64,000 nt of DNA from an uncultured Spirochaetota bacterium (GTDB lineage: Bacteria; Spirochaetota; UBA4802; UBA5550). Position 1 is the first letter of the stretch. Every line of letters begins with the position of its first letter. The translations under genes were made by a program, and so were the position numbers. Below are positions 1 through 9,663 of the stretch, piece after piece. Under the pieces are notes generated by a model that worked only from the letters and a program-made list of their open reading frames with translations, was not told the DNA's origin and searched no databases. The DNA is taken from the NCBI GenBank assembly GCA_963827275.1, contig CAWHAA010000004.1:160001-224000 (forward strand). Reading direction: 5' to 3'.

Positions 1-1001
1 CCGGCAGCGATGATTTTACGGTACAGGGGGAGCGCATTCCCCTTTTTCCCCATATCCCATAGCTCGTCGGCGCAGGCCTTGGTAAGAGCGGCGGCAAGGG
101 CCGCGTCTCCCGACTGCCCGCTGATGATCTGTTCAGCGCCTGTTACCCGGTTGTCGTGCGCGAGGGAGCGCACCAGCAGTGAGAGTGTCTCGGCCCGGTC
201 GGCAGGCCCCGGCTTCAGCGTGCCAAGGAGCGCGGCCGCTTCCCCGTACCGGCCGGAAAAATAGAGCGCCCGTGCCAGGAGAAGGCCCTCGCCGAAATCA
301 AGCGCGCTCCCCCCCTTCTTCATGATGTCCTGTATGAGCCCGGCCGCCGATGACGACTGCCAGCCCCGCGGATTTTCCGCTATGACCGACAGGTAGCTCT
401 TCCGCGCGCCGGCCGGGTCCAGCTTTTTTTCAAGCACCGACCCGATCCGGAGATGAATGATCGACCGCGATGACGGGTCTCCGTATGCAGCGAGGAGCCG
501 GTTCAGCACGGCAAGGGACCCGTCGTATTTCTTCAGCGCGGCGAGCGAGCGCGCTTTTACAAGCTGGCCGTCCCGGTAGAGCGCGCCGCCGCTCCGCGGC
601 ATGAGGTCGATGAACTTCGGCACGTAGGCATGCTCCCCGTACTCCGAGAACAGCTCCGCAAGCTCGTACACGGCATCGCTGTAATAGGGCGATTTCAGGT
701 GGAAGCCCTTTACGAACTGATATACCGGCTGCGGGAAGAGCCGGAGCTTCGTGTCGAAGTGGCTCCTGAAACAGCTGTTGGCGAAATGGCGCATTGCGTC
801 TTTCAGCCTGGACTCCTTTTTGTACGCGACGCCGAGCATGAAATGCTCCGCGTACCCCTTCTCTCCGTCCGCGAGCGCTGCTATGACGCCGGCGGGGGGC
901 GAGGTGAATCCGAGGACCGGGAGTCCCCTGTCGCTCAATGCAGGCGTGCTGCAGGAGAAGAAAAGGATCGATGCGGCGATACATGCGTTGCGTGGGTTCA
1001 T
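1..1001 (-). CDS. TPR-like helical-repeat lipoprotein, partial (runs off left edge); possibly the N-terminus of a lytic transglycosylase
   Basis: Not in ORF track. Manual translation from ATG at 1001 gives MNPRNACIAASILFFSC-STPALS (lipobox-like FFSC), then helical repeats (LYRDGQLVKARSLAALKKYDGSLAVLNRLL; LLLARALYFSGRYGEAAALL). No stop seen in the portion read; lies just downstream of the 1009..1830 gene. Confidence 0.65.
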   Translation of the reverse strand, partial: MNPRNACIAASILFFSCSTPALSDRGLPVLGFTSPPAGVIAALADGEKGYAEHFMLGVAYKKESRLKDAMRHFANSCFRSHFDTKLRLFPQPVYQFVKGFHLKSPYYSDAVYELAELFSEYGEHAYVPKFIDLMPRSGGALYRDGQLVKARSLAALKKYDGSLAVLNRLLAAYGDPSSRSIIHLRIGSVLEKKLDPAGARKSYLSVIAENPRGWQSSSAAGLIQDIMKKGGSALDFGEGLLLARALYFSGRYGEAAALLGTLKPGPADRAETLSLLVRSLAHDNRVTGAEQIISGQSGDAALAAALTKACADELWDMGKKGNALPLYRKIIAA

Positions 1002-1008
1002 TGGCGTC

Positions 1009-1830
1009 TCATTGCATTTTCAGATATTCTTCGTATTCCTTGATCTCGAAAAGGTTGGGATTGTCCCAGGTCCTGTCAAAGAGGGATTTGTCGTCTTTTG
1101 ATTTGTAATAGTTGTCGGTATGCACGAGGAGATGGTACGCCCGGCGGTCGTCCGCCGAGGCGCGTCCGATGAGCTCGGCGAGCTCCTCGTAGCTTGAGCG
1201 GCCGAAGTCCTTTTTCTTCTCCTGCGAAAATTTTGTTTCGAGCAGCGAGAAGAGCGCGTAGCGCTTGCCGTGCTTGACTTTTTTTATCGCCTTTGAGTAG
1301 CGGTAGAGGCGCATCGAGTAGAGGCGCTCCTGGAAATTGTCAGCCATCACCATGTCGATCCGGGCGTCCTCTGTGTCCCGGTAGCCGAGGCGCAGGTAAT
1401 GGCGGGGGAGATACTGGTTCGATTTGACCACGCCGGGGGCGAACCCGTTGAGGAGCCGCTTTGCCTCACGGATGTCCCTGGCCAGGGTCGCCTGGTACAG
1501 GTCGATCAAAATTTTTTGCGCCTTGCGTATCTCTTCCCATGATTCGCCGAAGAGGAACTTCATGTACAGGGTCTGCGCGATCATGTCGCGTTGAACCGCC
1601 TCCTTGAAAAATTTTTTCTCCTCGTCCGAACCCATGTTGGTTATCGATGTGTTTATGAAGTAGAAAAAATAACGGTTGTCCTTGAGGCCCTTTTCCGCGT
1701 TCCTCTGCCTGCCGGCGTTCAGGCTTGACCTGGTCCTCTGCGCGTCCAGCTGCGGGGCGAACGCGATGATCGCGCATATGACGGCGGGGATCAGGATATG
1801 GCGGGATGGTCGTGATTTCATAGTTCTCAT
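1009..1830 (-). CDS. Secreted/surface protein resembling the Leptospira OmpL37 family
   Basis: Signal peptide (ILIPAVICAIIAFAPQLDA). Motifs FINTSITNMG..E.K..FKEA.Q.D, RHYLRLGYRD and KRYAL recalled from OmpL37-like proteins; recollection only, not searched. Confidence 0.55.
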   Translation of the reverse strand: MRTMKSRPSRHILIPAVICAIIAFAPQLDAQRTRSSLNAGRQRNAEKGLKDNRYFFYFINTSITNMGSDEEKKFFKEAVQRDMIAQTLYMKFLFGESWEEIRKAQKILIDLYQATLARDIREAKRLLNGFAPGVVKSNQYLPRHYLRLGYRDTEDARIDMVMADNFQERLYSMRLYRYSKAIKKVKHGKRYALFSLLETKFSQEKKKDFGRSSYEELAELIGRASADDRRAYHLLVHTDNYYKSKDDKSLFDRTWDNPNLFEIKEYEEYLKMQ

Positions 1831-1884
1831 ACGGTATGTGCAGGTGCGCGCGCTCGGTACGGCACGGCCGACCCGGGGCGGGCA

Positions 1885-2847
1885 TCAGAGTTTGAATAAC
1901 ATCCCCTCGGTGGCGATATGTATCTTTGTCGTTTCGTTTTTGCAATTTTCGCCATGCTCGATCGCGGCCAGATAGTTTTCATGGAGCTTCGAGTCAGGGT
2001 ACGCCGGCTCGTGGTGCGTCAGAACGAGGTTTTTCACTTTCCAGCGGAGGCCGCAGTTGACCGCCATGGTGTAACTGGTATGTCCCCAGTCGAATTTCGT
2101 GAATGACTCGTCGAGCGTATACTGGGCGTCGATCACGAGCAGGTCGGCGAGCTGGAAGAAATCGAGGACCGCGTCATGGCCGTTTTCGAATATCTCGCCG
2201 GTGAACTCCGCGTCGGTGGCGAATATAAAGGTTTTGCCCGCCTGCCTGAAGCGGTAGGCGAAACTGCCGCCGGGGTGCTTCAGGGGGAAGAAATCGACGA
2301 CGAGGTCCTCCTCCAGCTGGAGTGGCTTCCTCTCCCTGACGTCCAGCTGGACATATTCCTTTGTCGATTCGGTTCCCTCGAAGGTCGCGGGGAAATAGGG
2401 CGCCCTCATCTGGTCCGTCAGGTATTTTTTCTGGTCCTTGAAGGGCGAGTAAAACTTGAGGGTGTTCCCCTTGATGTAAAGGGGAGTGAAGAAGGGGAGC
2501 CCCTGGATATGGTCCCAGTGGTAATGGGTCATGAAGATATCGACCATGCCCTTGCCGCGGCCGCAGTCCCCCTTCATCAGTTAATAGCCGAGGAGCCTCA
2601 TGCCGGAACCGCAGTCTATGATGTATATCTTCCCGCTGTTCGATTTGACGCTGACGCAGGTGGTATTGCCGCCGTAAACGTATTTCAGGTCGCTGGGAAG
2701 GGCCTCGATGAATTCCTGGACATCTGACGTGCCGTTAAGGCCGGCCTGGATGGCGAGTTCAACGATCTTCTGGATTTTCTTTGAATATTCGCTGTTTGTC
2801 GTTGGAGATGGAAGAGATCCCCGCACCCCCCACAGTTTTATCTGCAT
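1885..2847 (-). pseudogene. MBL-fold metallo-hydrolase (RNase Z/phosphodiesterase-like), interrupted by an in-frame TAA at 2581-2583
   Basis: N-part has LWGVRGS, YGGNTTCV, IIDCGSG; C-part has THYHWDHIQG, HPGG, FATD, WGH, THHEP. Both parts are in one frame joined by GGC TAT TAA CTG ATG. May be an intact gene with a base-call error. Confidence 0.8.
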
Positions 2848-3098
2848 GAACTGGTCCCTTTTATCAGTTTTGTGCCGTAGTGTGAGGCCGCCCCTCCGCG
2901 GCCAGAGCCCTATAGTATTATTCGGATCTATGCGATTGATTCACGCGTATTTAACATGGTGAATATTAATAAAAAAATTTCAATCAAAATACTGGCGTAC
3001 CGGTTAAAAAGAGCCTGTTTCACGGCGCCGGGCGTGCAACCGCCCCGGCGGGGTGATTTCAGGCTCTTTCAGGGATGGTGCGGGGCAGGGCCCCTGTG

Positions 3099-4346
3099 TC
3101 ACTCGTACACCTTCTCTTCGGTCTCGTGCGCGTTCGCTGCGTCATCTTCGACGTCCCGCACCCGCTCTTTCGAAAGGACCTTCTCATACTCCTTGTACCA
3201 TTCGTTCTGTATGATCATCTCCATGATCTCGTTGGTCCCGACCCAGATCATGGACAGACGGATGTCGCGGACGATCCGCTCGAGGGGAAACACGCTGGTG
3301 TAACCGATCCCCCCCATTGCCTGCATGCACTGGTTCGCGATGTCCCAGGCCGCTTCGGTGACGAACTTTTTCGACTGGGAGACCATCCGCCGGATGCGTC
3401 CCGGGTGGACGCTCCCTGAATCGACGGCCAGGCATGTCGTGTACACCATCGAGCGGGCCGCGTCAAGCGACAGGACGCAGTCCGCCACCTTGAACCCGAC
3501 CGCCTGGAAGTTTTTGATCGGCTGGCCGAACGCCTTGCGGCGGGAGGTGTACCGGGTCGCGATCTCGATCGCGGGGCGCACTGACCCGATTGTCATCGCC
3601 GCGGTGCCGAGCCGCTCGGGGATCATCATCCTGATAAAGACGTCGAAGCCGCCGTTGATGCCGTTCAGGGCGTAGCGCTCGGGGACGCGCACGTCGTTGA
3701 AGATCACCCTGCCGGCGCCGCCGCCGCGCACGCCCATGAGGCCGTAGATGTATTTCGATTCGACGCCCGCGGTACGCGGCACCATGAAGGCGGTCATGCG
3801 GCGGTGTGGGGGGCCTGCCGGGTCGGTGACCGCATAGACCAGGAACCAGTCGGCCCCCTCAGCCCCGACGATGAAGCGCTTCTGACCGTTGATGATCCAG
3901 TCGCCGCCGTCCTTTTTCGCCACCGTGGCGGCGCCGAAGAAGTCGGACCCGCCGCGCGGCTCGGTGAGCCCCTCGGCGGCGTAGACCTCGCCCTTGAGGA
4001 GGGGGACCACGACTTCCTGCTTCAGCTCCTCCGATCCGAACAGCGTTATGGCCTCGCACACGATGTCGGCGCCGACGCCCCAGAGGCAGGCGAGCGAATA
4101 GCTCGCGACGCCGATTTCCTCGGCGACGATCGAGTCATCGACCCAGGAGAGCCCGCGGCCGCCGTACTCCTTCGGGAGGCGGATGCCGAGCAGGTTGCGC
4201 CTGCCGGCTTCCTGAAGGTACTCGTGCGGGAACTGAATCCGCTCCGCGTCCATGGCGAGGATCATTTCCTTGGGCACCCATCGGGTGAAATCGCGGGCCT
4301 CGTCGCGCAGTTTTTTCTGTTCCGGGGTCATCATAAAGTCAAACAT
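3099..4346 (-). CDS. Acyl-CoA dehydrogenase
   Basis: GLTEPRGGSD, WIINGQKRFI, RKAFGQPI..FQ, MGGIGY, IWVGTNEI. Start moved to MFDFMM (4346), which has an AGGAGG RBS upstream. Confidence 0.93.
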   Translation of the reverse strand: MFDFMMTPEQKKLRDEARDFTRWVPKEMILAMDAERIQFPHEYLQEAGRRNLLGIRLPKEYGGRGLSWVDDSIVAEEIGVASYSLACLWGVGADIVCEAITLFGSEELKQEVVVPLLKGEVYAAEGLTEPRGGSDFFGAATVAKKDGGDWIINGQKRFIVGAEGADWFLVYAVTDPAGPPHRRMTAFMVPRTAGVESKYIYGLMGVRGGGAGRVIFNDVRVPERYALNGINGGFDVFIRMMIPERLGTAAMTIGSVRPAIEIATRYTSRRKAFGQPIKNFQAVGFKVADCVLSLDAARSMVYTTCLAVDSGSVHPGRIRRMVSQSKKFVTEAAWDIANQCMQAMGGIGYTSVFPLERIVRDIRLSMIWVGTNEIMEMIIQNEWYKEYEKVLSKERVRDVEDDAANAHETEEKVYE

Positions 4347-4481
4347 GGCAGGCCTCCTTTGAAAAGTGAAATGCATGAAAGCGGCGGGGAAGTGCCGGTG
4401 CGGGGGCGCGTGGCTCGGCCGCACCCGTTTCCGGTGCCCCATGAACAGGGTCAACCCGCTCTTTTAAAATTCAAGTCTTTT

Positions 4482-6089
4482 TCATTCAAGGAGAAGCGTG
4501 GCCGACGCCTCGATGCGTGATTGTATGGAGCGCGTTCCGGAAAAGCGGTGCTCGTACCCGACGGTGATCCTGCTCCCGCGGCAGCGCGACGTGATCCGGC
4601 AGGCGACGCTGTCCGATGTCGTATCGATGCTGGCCATGCGGCTTATTGAGTCGCGGAACGCGGCGCGTGATGCGTAGACCGGGTTCCCGGGTGAAATATG
4701 GTAGCGCGCATAGCGCAGGTCAAGGCGGAAAAAATGGAAGGCGCGGAGAGAGAGCCCGGCCCCGATTGACCCGGAATAGCGTGACCGCCCCTTCTTCTGG
4801 AGCGTCCCCCTGAGGCGCAGGCTGACCGATTTCATGATAAGGACCTCCGCCGATGATTTCAGGCGCAGGCTCCTGTCAACGCCGCGGTTGCCGCCCTCTT
4901 CGAGGTGGCTGACCGTCGCGGTGAACGAGCCCTTCCCCGGCGCGCGGTAGCTGATGAACGCGTCCTCGCGCACCGCGTAGGGCCGGTACCTCTCGTATCC
5001 CGCGACAGCGGCTTTTTTCTCGGCGAAGGATGCGCACCCCAGCGTCAGGCCGCGCAGCGGCCGCACGCCGATCTCCGCCATCCAGGATGTTTCAGCGCGG
5101 CTGTCCCCCGAGCTGTACGACGCGTAGAAGCCGCTGTCGGTGTGCTTGCCCGTGAAGGAAAGGGTGCATCCCTGGTGGCGGAATTTCAGCCCGAACAGGA
5201 CCCCGGTCCCGGATCTCCTCCGGCGCCCGCCTGCCGCGGTTGAATGGACGGCGTTCGGGAACCCTAATTCCATGAACATCTCGATTGCGTCGTCGCGATA
5301 GCGCGCGAAAAAGCCGTACGAGTATACAGACAAAACTCCCTCCGGCATGCCCCGGTCCCCGTAGTCCCAGAGCAGGCGCCGGGAGCAGGAGCGGTCGATC
5401 GACGTGTGGATGAAATATGACTGGAGAAGCAGGTGTCCGCCGATGCGCAGCATGACAATGCCGCCTGCGTCGCTGATTTCAACCGGCTCGGAATAGCGGT
5501 AGTCCTTCCGCGTCCTCAGGAGTATCGACGTGAAGGAGCTTCCCGTCACATCCGGAAGCGACCGGTCATTTCGCACAAAGCGCTCCCGTGATGAATAGAA
5601 CCCCGTGAGGGATAGTGACAGGGGCCCGAACGAGCCGGCCGGCCCCGCGGCTATGCCCCGGAAGGCATGAAGCGGGCTGCCGGAGCCGCAGGGGGAGGAG
5701 GGAGCGCCGTCGCTGACGACCGTTTTGCGCGAAAATGGATCGGGCACGGGCGGCTTTTTTTTACCCACCAGGAGCCCCGCTCCGAAATTGAGGTAGTAGT
5801 TTCCGATGGTGCACTCAAAATGGGGAGAGATGCCGCGCATGTCGATATACCAGGTAAAGCGGTCCTCCTTCCTGTCGCCGATATGCACGTGGGTGAAGCC
5901 GGCGGCGCTTTCGCCGAACGTGACTGTCGCCGAGTCCCGTATGAAGCGCATCTCGTTGCCGTCGTAATCAAGCGCGTCCTGCCGGTATTCCGTTTTTGCC
6001 GTGAAGCGCGTGGCCGGGGCCCCCGGCTCTTTCGCCTGCGCCGGGAACGTGGGGATGAGCACGGCCATGATCAGAGCGGCGCGGCGCAT
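4482..6089 (-). CDS. Large predicted outer-membrane beta-barrel protein, like the barrel part of FCB-group HhH/ComEA-associated proteins but with no HhH domain
   Basis: Signal peptide (…FPAQA), IGNYYLNFGAGLL and FRGIAA motifs, many alternating amphipathic strands, ends in a beta strand. Confidence 0.6.
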   Translation of the reverse strand: MRRAALIMAVLIPTFPAQAKEPGAPATRFTAKTEYRQDALDYDGNEMRFIRDSATVTFGESAAGFTHVHIGDRKEDRFTWYIDMRGISPHFECTIGNYYLNFGAGLLVGKKKPPVPDPFSRKTVVSDGAPSSPCGSGSPLHAFRGIAAGPAGSFGPLSLSLTGFYSSRERFVRNDRSLPDVTGSSFTSILLRTRKDYRYSEPVEISDAGGIVMLRIGGHLLLQSYFIHTSIDRSCSRRLLWDYGDRGMPEGVLSVYSYGFFARYRDDAIEMFMELGFPNAVHSTAAGGRRRRSGTGVLFGLKFRHQGCTLSFTGKHTDSGFYASYSSGDSRAETSWMAEIGVRPLRGLTLGCASFAEKKAAVAGYERYRPYAVREDAFISYRAPGKGSFTATVSHLEEGGNRGVDRSLRLKSSAEVLIMKSVSLRLRGTLQKKGRSRYSGSIGAGLSLRAFHFFRLDLRYARYHISPGNPVYASRAAFRDSISRMASIDTTSDSVACRITSRCRGSRITVGYEHRFSGTRSIQSRIEASATLLLE

Positions 6090-7363
6090 AGATCACGTGC
6101 CTTTTTCTTTTTATCCGCGTCAGTCCACCGCAGCGCGTCAATCCTTCCGGCAAGGGCCTCGCGCTGTCCCTGCGACGCCAGGTCCGAGAGCTCCAGCGCG
6201 GTGGACGCGGGAATGCCGAGGGCGAGCAGCTTTTTAAAGAGTTCTTTCCGGGCTTTGTCGATACGCTCCCTGTCACGGTACGCATCCGCGGGGCTTGGGG
6301 CATCGGTAGCGAGCCCGGTGGTATGCTCAAGGAGGCGGTCGATCTCCTGCTCCGACAGGCCTATCTGTAAAAGGCCGTTCCGCGAGAGCGGGCCGATGGT
6401 CTTCCTGTATTTCATCATGCGCTCGGCCATTGCCCTGTCGAGGCCGGGGACGGACTCGAGGGACTCCATGCCGCAGGCGTTGAGGTCTGTTTTTACGGCG
6501 GTGCGCCCGCCGCGCAGGCGGGAGAAGAGGTCGCCGTACGCGAGGGATTCCACCGGTATCTCCGCGGCGGCGAGTGTCACCCCCACTGAATGGGTGAATC
6601 CCAGGTGGGGGTGATATTTAAGGCCATACGAGGCTGACAGGTATTTATAGATGAACAGGAGCGCGGCGGTAAAGGTCCCCGTCTCGCGGGCGTATCCCAC
6701 CCTGACGGAAAAATATTTTAAGACATTCGCTGACGCCGAGACGCAGTGGACGTATCCGTTCGCGGTGCTGTTGCAGTTGTAGGCGAGCACAAGGCCCCTG
6801 AAGGGCTTGAGCGCGGCGCCGGCGCTCCAGTCGGGGGGGAGCAGGTCCCTCCGCGTCGTGACGAAAAGGGACCCGAGGTTCTCCTGCTGGAAGGCCAGGT
6901 CGATCCAGGTGAAGGGCGACAGCACCACCGAGCATCCGCCGTCAACAAGGTGGATCGTTTTTGTGACCTCCGGCGTGTTAATGGCAAGGTTGTAGTAGCG
7001 GACGCAGGCCCCGATTGAGATATACCTGACCGGCATATACCCGATCTCCGCCCCGGCGATGTTCTCGGCGTATTCTTCAAGGCCGAACCGGCTCCAGAAG
7101 GCCCGTACCCCGCATCCCTTCCCTCCGTAGCCCGCCCGGAGGGCCGATGAATAGAGGCCGGACATCGAATAGGGCATGCCCCCTGATATCGCCAGGTAGG
7201 GATACCGTATGGCGGGCAGGTAGGCGGGATTTGAAACCGCGTCGGGCAGCGACGAGTCGCCGGCGGCCTGGATGAACGGGAAGAGCGCCGCGGGCGGGGC
7301 CTCCCGGTAGTCGAAGGCGCAGATGGCGGCCCGCGCGATGAACAGGATGAGGGCTATCTTCAT
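6071..7363 (-). CDS. PorV/FadL-like beta-barrel fused to a C-terminal ComEA-type helix-hairpin-helix DNA-binding domain
   Basis: Start at 7363 (MKIALILFIARAAICA) overlaps the upstream TAA. Barrel motifs NPAYL, FGLEEYAE, YHPHLGFTHSVGV, then DLNACGMESLESVPGLDRAMAERMMKYRKTIGP (HHH_3-like). Confidence 0.75.
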   Translation of the reverse strand: MKIALILFIARAAICAFDYREAPPAALFPFIQAAGDSSLPDAVSNPAYLPAIRYPYLAISGGMPYSMSGLYSSALRAGYGGKGCGVRAFWSRFGLEEYAENIAGAEIGYMPVRYISIGACVRYYNLAINTPEVTKTIHLVDGGCSVVLSPFTWIDLAFQQENLGSLFVTTRRDLLPPDWSAGAALKPFRGLVLAYNCNSTANGYVHCVSASANVLKYFSVRVGYARETGTFTAALLFIYKYLSASYGLKYHPHLGFTHSVGVTLAAAEIPVESLAYGDLFSRLRGGRTAVKTDLNACGMESLESVPGLDRAMAERMMKYRKTIGPLSRNGLLQIGLSEQEIDRLLEHTTGLATDAPSPADAYRDRERIDKARKELFKKLLALGIPASTALELSDLASQGQREALAGRIDALRWTDADKKKKARDLCAAPL

Positions 7364-8391
7364 TACCGGTACCGGCTCACAATGATGTAGATCGTCTCCT
7401 CGTCGGAAGCGCGCAGGGCCGGGGACACGGCCTCTATCTTGCACAGGTACAGGCCGGTGTGCGTGGCGCGGCGCTGAAGCAGCGGGTTCCAGAAAAGCTT
7501 CGCAAGGCCCGGGTTCATCGAGGGGAAGGGCGGGGACTCATGGATGAGCGCGCCTGTCATGGAGAACACGCGGAGCTTGATAAAGCAGGGAACGAACACG
7601 AATACCGGGACCATGCCGCTGCCGAACAGCATGTGCCCCGGGATGACGGTTATTTTTTTTCTGAGTGCCTTGAACAGCCGTTTTCCCATGAACAGCGGCA
7701 CGGTGATGTTGGGGCAGCCGGGGGTCTGTATCGACGAGATCACCCAGTCCGCGGCGCTGTCAGTGTCGGGGCCGCCCTGCCGCGACACGCTTGCGTAGGA
7801 GGCCAGGCCGTCCGGGCCGATATTCACCGCGCACTCCTGGATGTTATCCGAGGCACAGGTGTCCCACTGCGCCTGCGAGAAGGCGGAGGTAAGGTATGAT
7901 GCGACGGTGTCATTGGGCGAGCCGTCGCGGTTGGAATAATAGACAAAGTCGATGATCCCGCCGTTCGACGGGTCGTCGTCGGTGTCGATCGCGACAACGC
8001 CCTCGGTGTTCCAGAGGCTCGCCGAATAGTTGGCGCAGTACACGTCTATATGGCCGTTTCCGTCGGTGTCGCCGGTGATATCGGTCTCATCCGGGACGTC
8101 GGGACGGGCGCAGTGGACGACGATGAAGCGGTCGTCGTACGGGGTCTCCTCCCTGTCGTAGCTGTAGATGGTGACGGGGTCCGCGGAGAGGGGCTCGCTT
8201 GCCCCGTAATACATGGTCACGTACAGCGAGGAGATATCCCTCTTTTCCTTTACCGGGCCGGCCATGGCCAGCTCCACCCAGTCGTCCTGCGTGTTGGTGG
8301 CGAATTCATTGATCAGGAGCGAGGCGTGGAGCCGTGTCCCGGCGAACAGTAACATGACAGCAAGAGCTGCAGAAATGAATGGTCTGCGCAT
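7363..8391 (-). CDS. Secreted lamin-tail-domain protein with a C-terminal FlgD-Ig/T9SS-CTD-like domain
   Basis: Signal peptide, then LLINEFATNTQDDWVEL (LTD start) and …TPG (LTD end). Asp-rich DTDGNGHID Ca-binding-like loop. C-terminal IKLRVFSMTGALI…W…TGLYLCKIEA. Confidence 0.7.
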   Translation of the reverse strand: MRRPFISAALAVMLLFAGTRLHASLLINEFATNTQDDWVELAMAGPVKEKRDISSLYVTMYYGASEPLSADPVTIYSYDREETPYDDRFIVVHCARPDVPDETDITGDTDGNGHIDVYCANYSASLWNTEGVVAIDTDDDPSNGGIIDFVYYSNRDGSPNDTVASYLTSAFSQAQWDTCASDNIQECAVNIGPDGLASYASVSRQGGPDTDSAADWVISSIQTPGCPNITVPLFMGKRLFKALRKKITVIPGHMLFGSGMVPVFVFVPCFIKLRVFSMTGALIHESPPFPSMNPGLAKLFWNPLLQRRATHTGLYLCKIEAVSPALRASDEETIYIIVSRYR

Positions 8392-8498
8392 GGCGTCTCC
8401 TTTTCATGGTGAACGAACGGGAGACGCCGATCGGGAAAAATATTATCGGGGAAGGATAAAATTACTGCGCAGCGGCGGGGACCGGCCCCGCCCGGCTG

Positions 8499-9392
8499 TC
8501 AGGTGAAGCGCAGGGGGTACGGCTTCCTGAGGGCGTGCCGTTCGAAGCCGGCATCGGGATACCCGAGCGCGAGGACCGCATGGACCCTGTTGCCGCTACG
8601 GATGCCGAGATAACGCCGGATCGCGGCGCTCCTGTTGATCGATTCGACCGCATACCCGATATAGCAGGTGCCCAGGCCGAGGGCGTGGGCCAGGAGCGTG
8701 ATGTTATACGAGGCGTACTGCGCATCTTCGACAGGCGTGCTACCGCCCATTCCGCCGTGCACGATGATGAGGGCCGGGGCGGAATGAAAAAGGAGGTCGT
8801 TGCCCGCATCGGATTCGCGGATCGCCATCTCCACGCTTTCCATGTGGTCCCGGTAATACCGGAGAAGGGCGGTCCCCGCTACCGGCACAGAGAGGTAGCG
8901 GAGAGCGGGGTTCTTCGCGATCCGGTTCAGCCTGACAAAGAATTTTTTTATTTCCAGGGCCAGGTCCCACACTCTGTCGCGGCCGTTGACGGCGAGAAAC
9001 TCCCACTCCTGGCAGTTGCTCCCGGACGGCGCGGTGACGGCGAAGGCGACGAGGTCCGCGATGACATCGTCCTTCACGGGGTCCGGCCTGAATCTCCTCA
9101 CGCTCCTGCGGGAGCGGACGAAATTGACGAGGTCTGCGGGGCTGTCGGAGCCGGGAGAGCGCACCGTTTCGGTATACGCGAACGTTCGAAATACGGGGCG
9201 TGCGAGGAGCCCGGGGTCAAACCGGATCGCGTCGAACCGGCACACCGCATAGCAGTGGGAGCAGAGCATGCATTCCTCCCCGGTGGTGGCGATTGATCCG
9301 TCGCGTAATGCGAGGACCCGCTTCGGACATATCTCGACGCACCGTCCGCACAGGGTGCACCGCTCGTGGTCGATACTCGGAGCGTTGATCAT
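8499..9392 (-). CDS. Nitroreductase family protein with an N-terminal ferredoxin-type 4Fe-4S domain
   Basis: CTLCGRCVEICP and CMLCSHCYAVC; RRSVRRF, APSGSNCQEW, GLGTCYIG. Confidence 0.92.
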   Translation of the reverse strand: MINAPSIDHERCTLCGRCVEICPKRVLALRDGSIATTGEECMLCSHCYAVCRFDAIRFDPGLLARPVFRTFAYTETVRSPGSDSPADLVNFVRSRRSVRRFRPDPVKDDVIADLVAFAVTAPSGSNCQEWEFLAVNGRDRVWDLALEIKKFFVRLNRIAKNPALRYLSVPVAGTALLRYYRDHMESVEMAIRESDAGNDLLFHSAPALIIVHGGMGGSTPVEDAQYASYNITLLAHALGLGTCYIGYAVESINRSAAIRRYLGIRSGNRVHAVLALGYPDAGFERHALRKPYPLRFT

Positions 9393-9663
9393 ACGTGTTG
9401 TCCTTTTAATTGAAGCAGCCGATACTGGCCCGGCTCTCCAGTAATATTTTCCCGCCGACGATTAATGCGGGGGATGTTCACTAGTGTGGAGTGAAACGCC
9501 GGCGGGCGAATTCTGTCAATGTATATTATGCTGTCTACGCCGGAGGCTCCGGGTGCACGCCCGGTAATAAATTTATCTTCAGGTAAATAATCCTCGACAT
9601 AAAAATCCGTCGTATATCTTCTGGTACCAGTGTGCAGGGGGAAGATTCGGACCGGGGACAGCG

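Noticed and set aside
2581..2583. Stop-codon reassignment or Sec/Pyl readthrough
   Set aside because: The codon is TAA, which terminates many other genes here; single occurrence.
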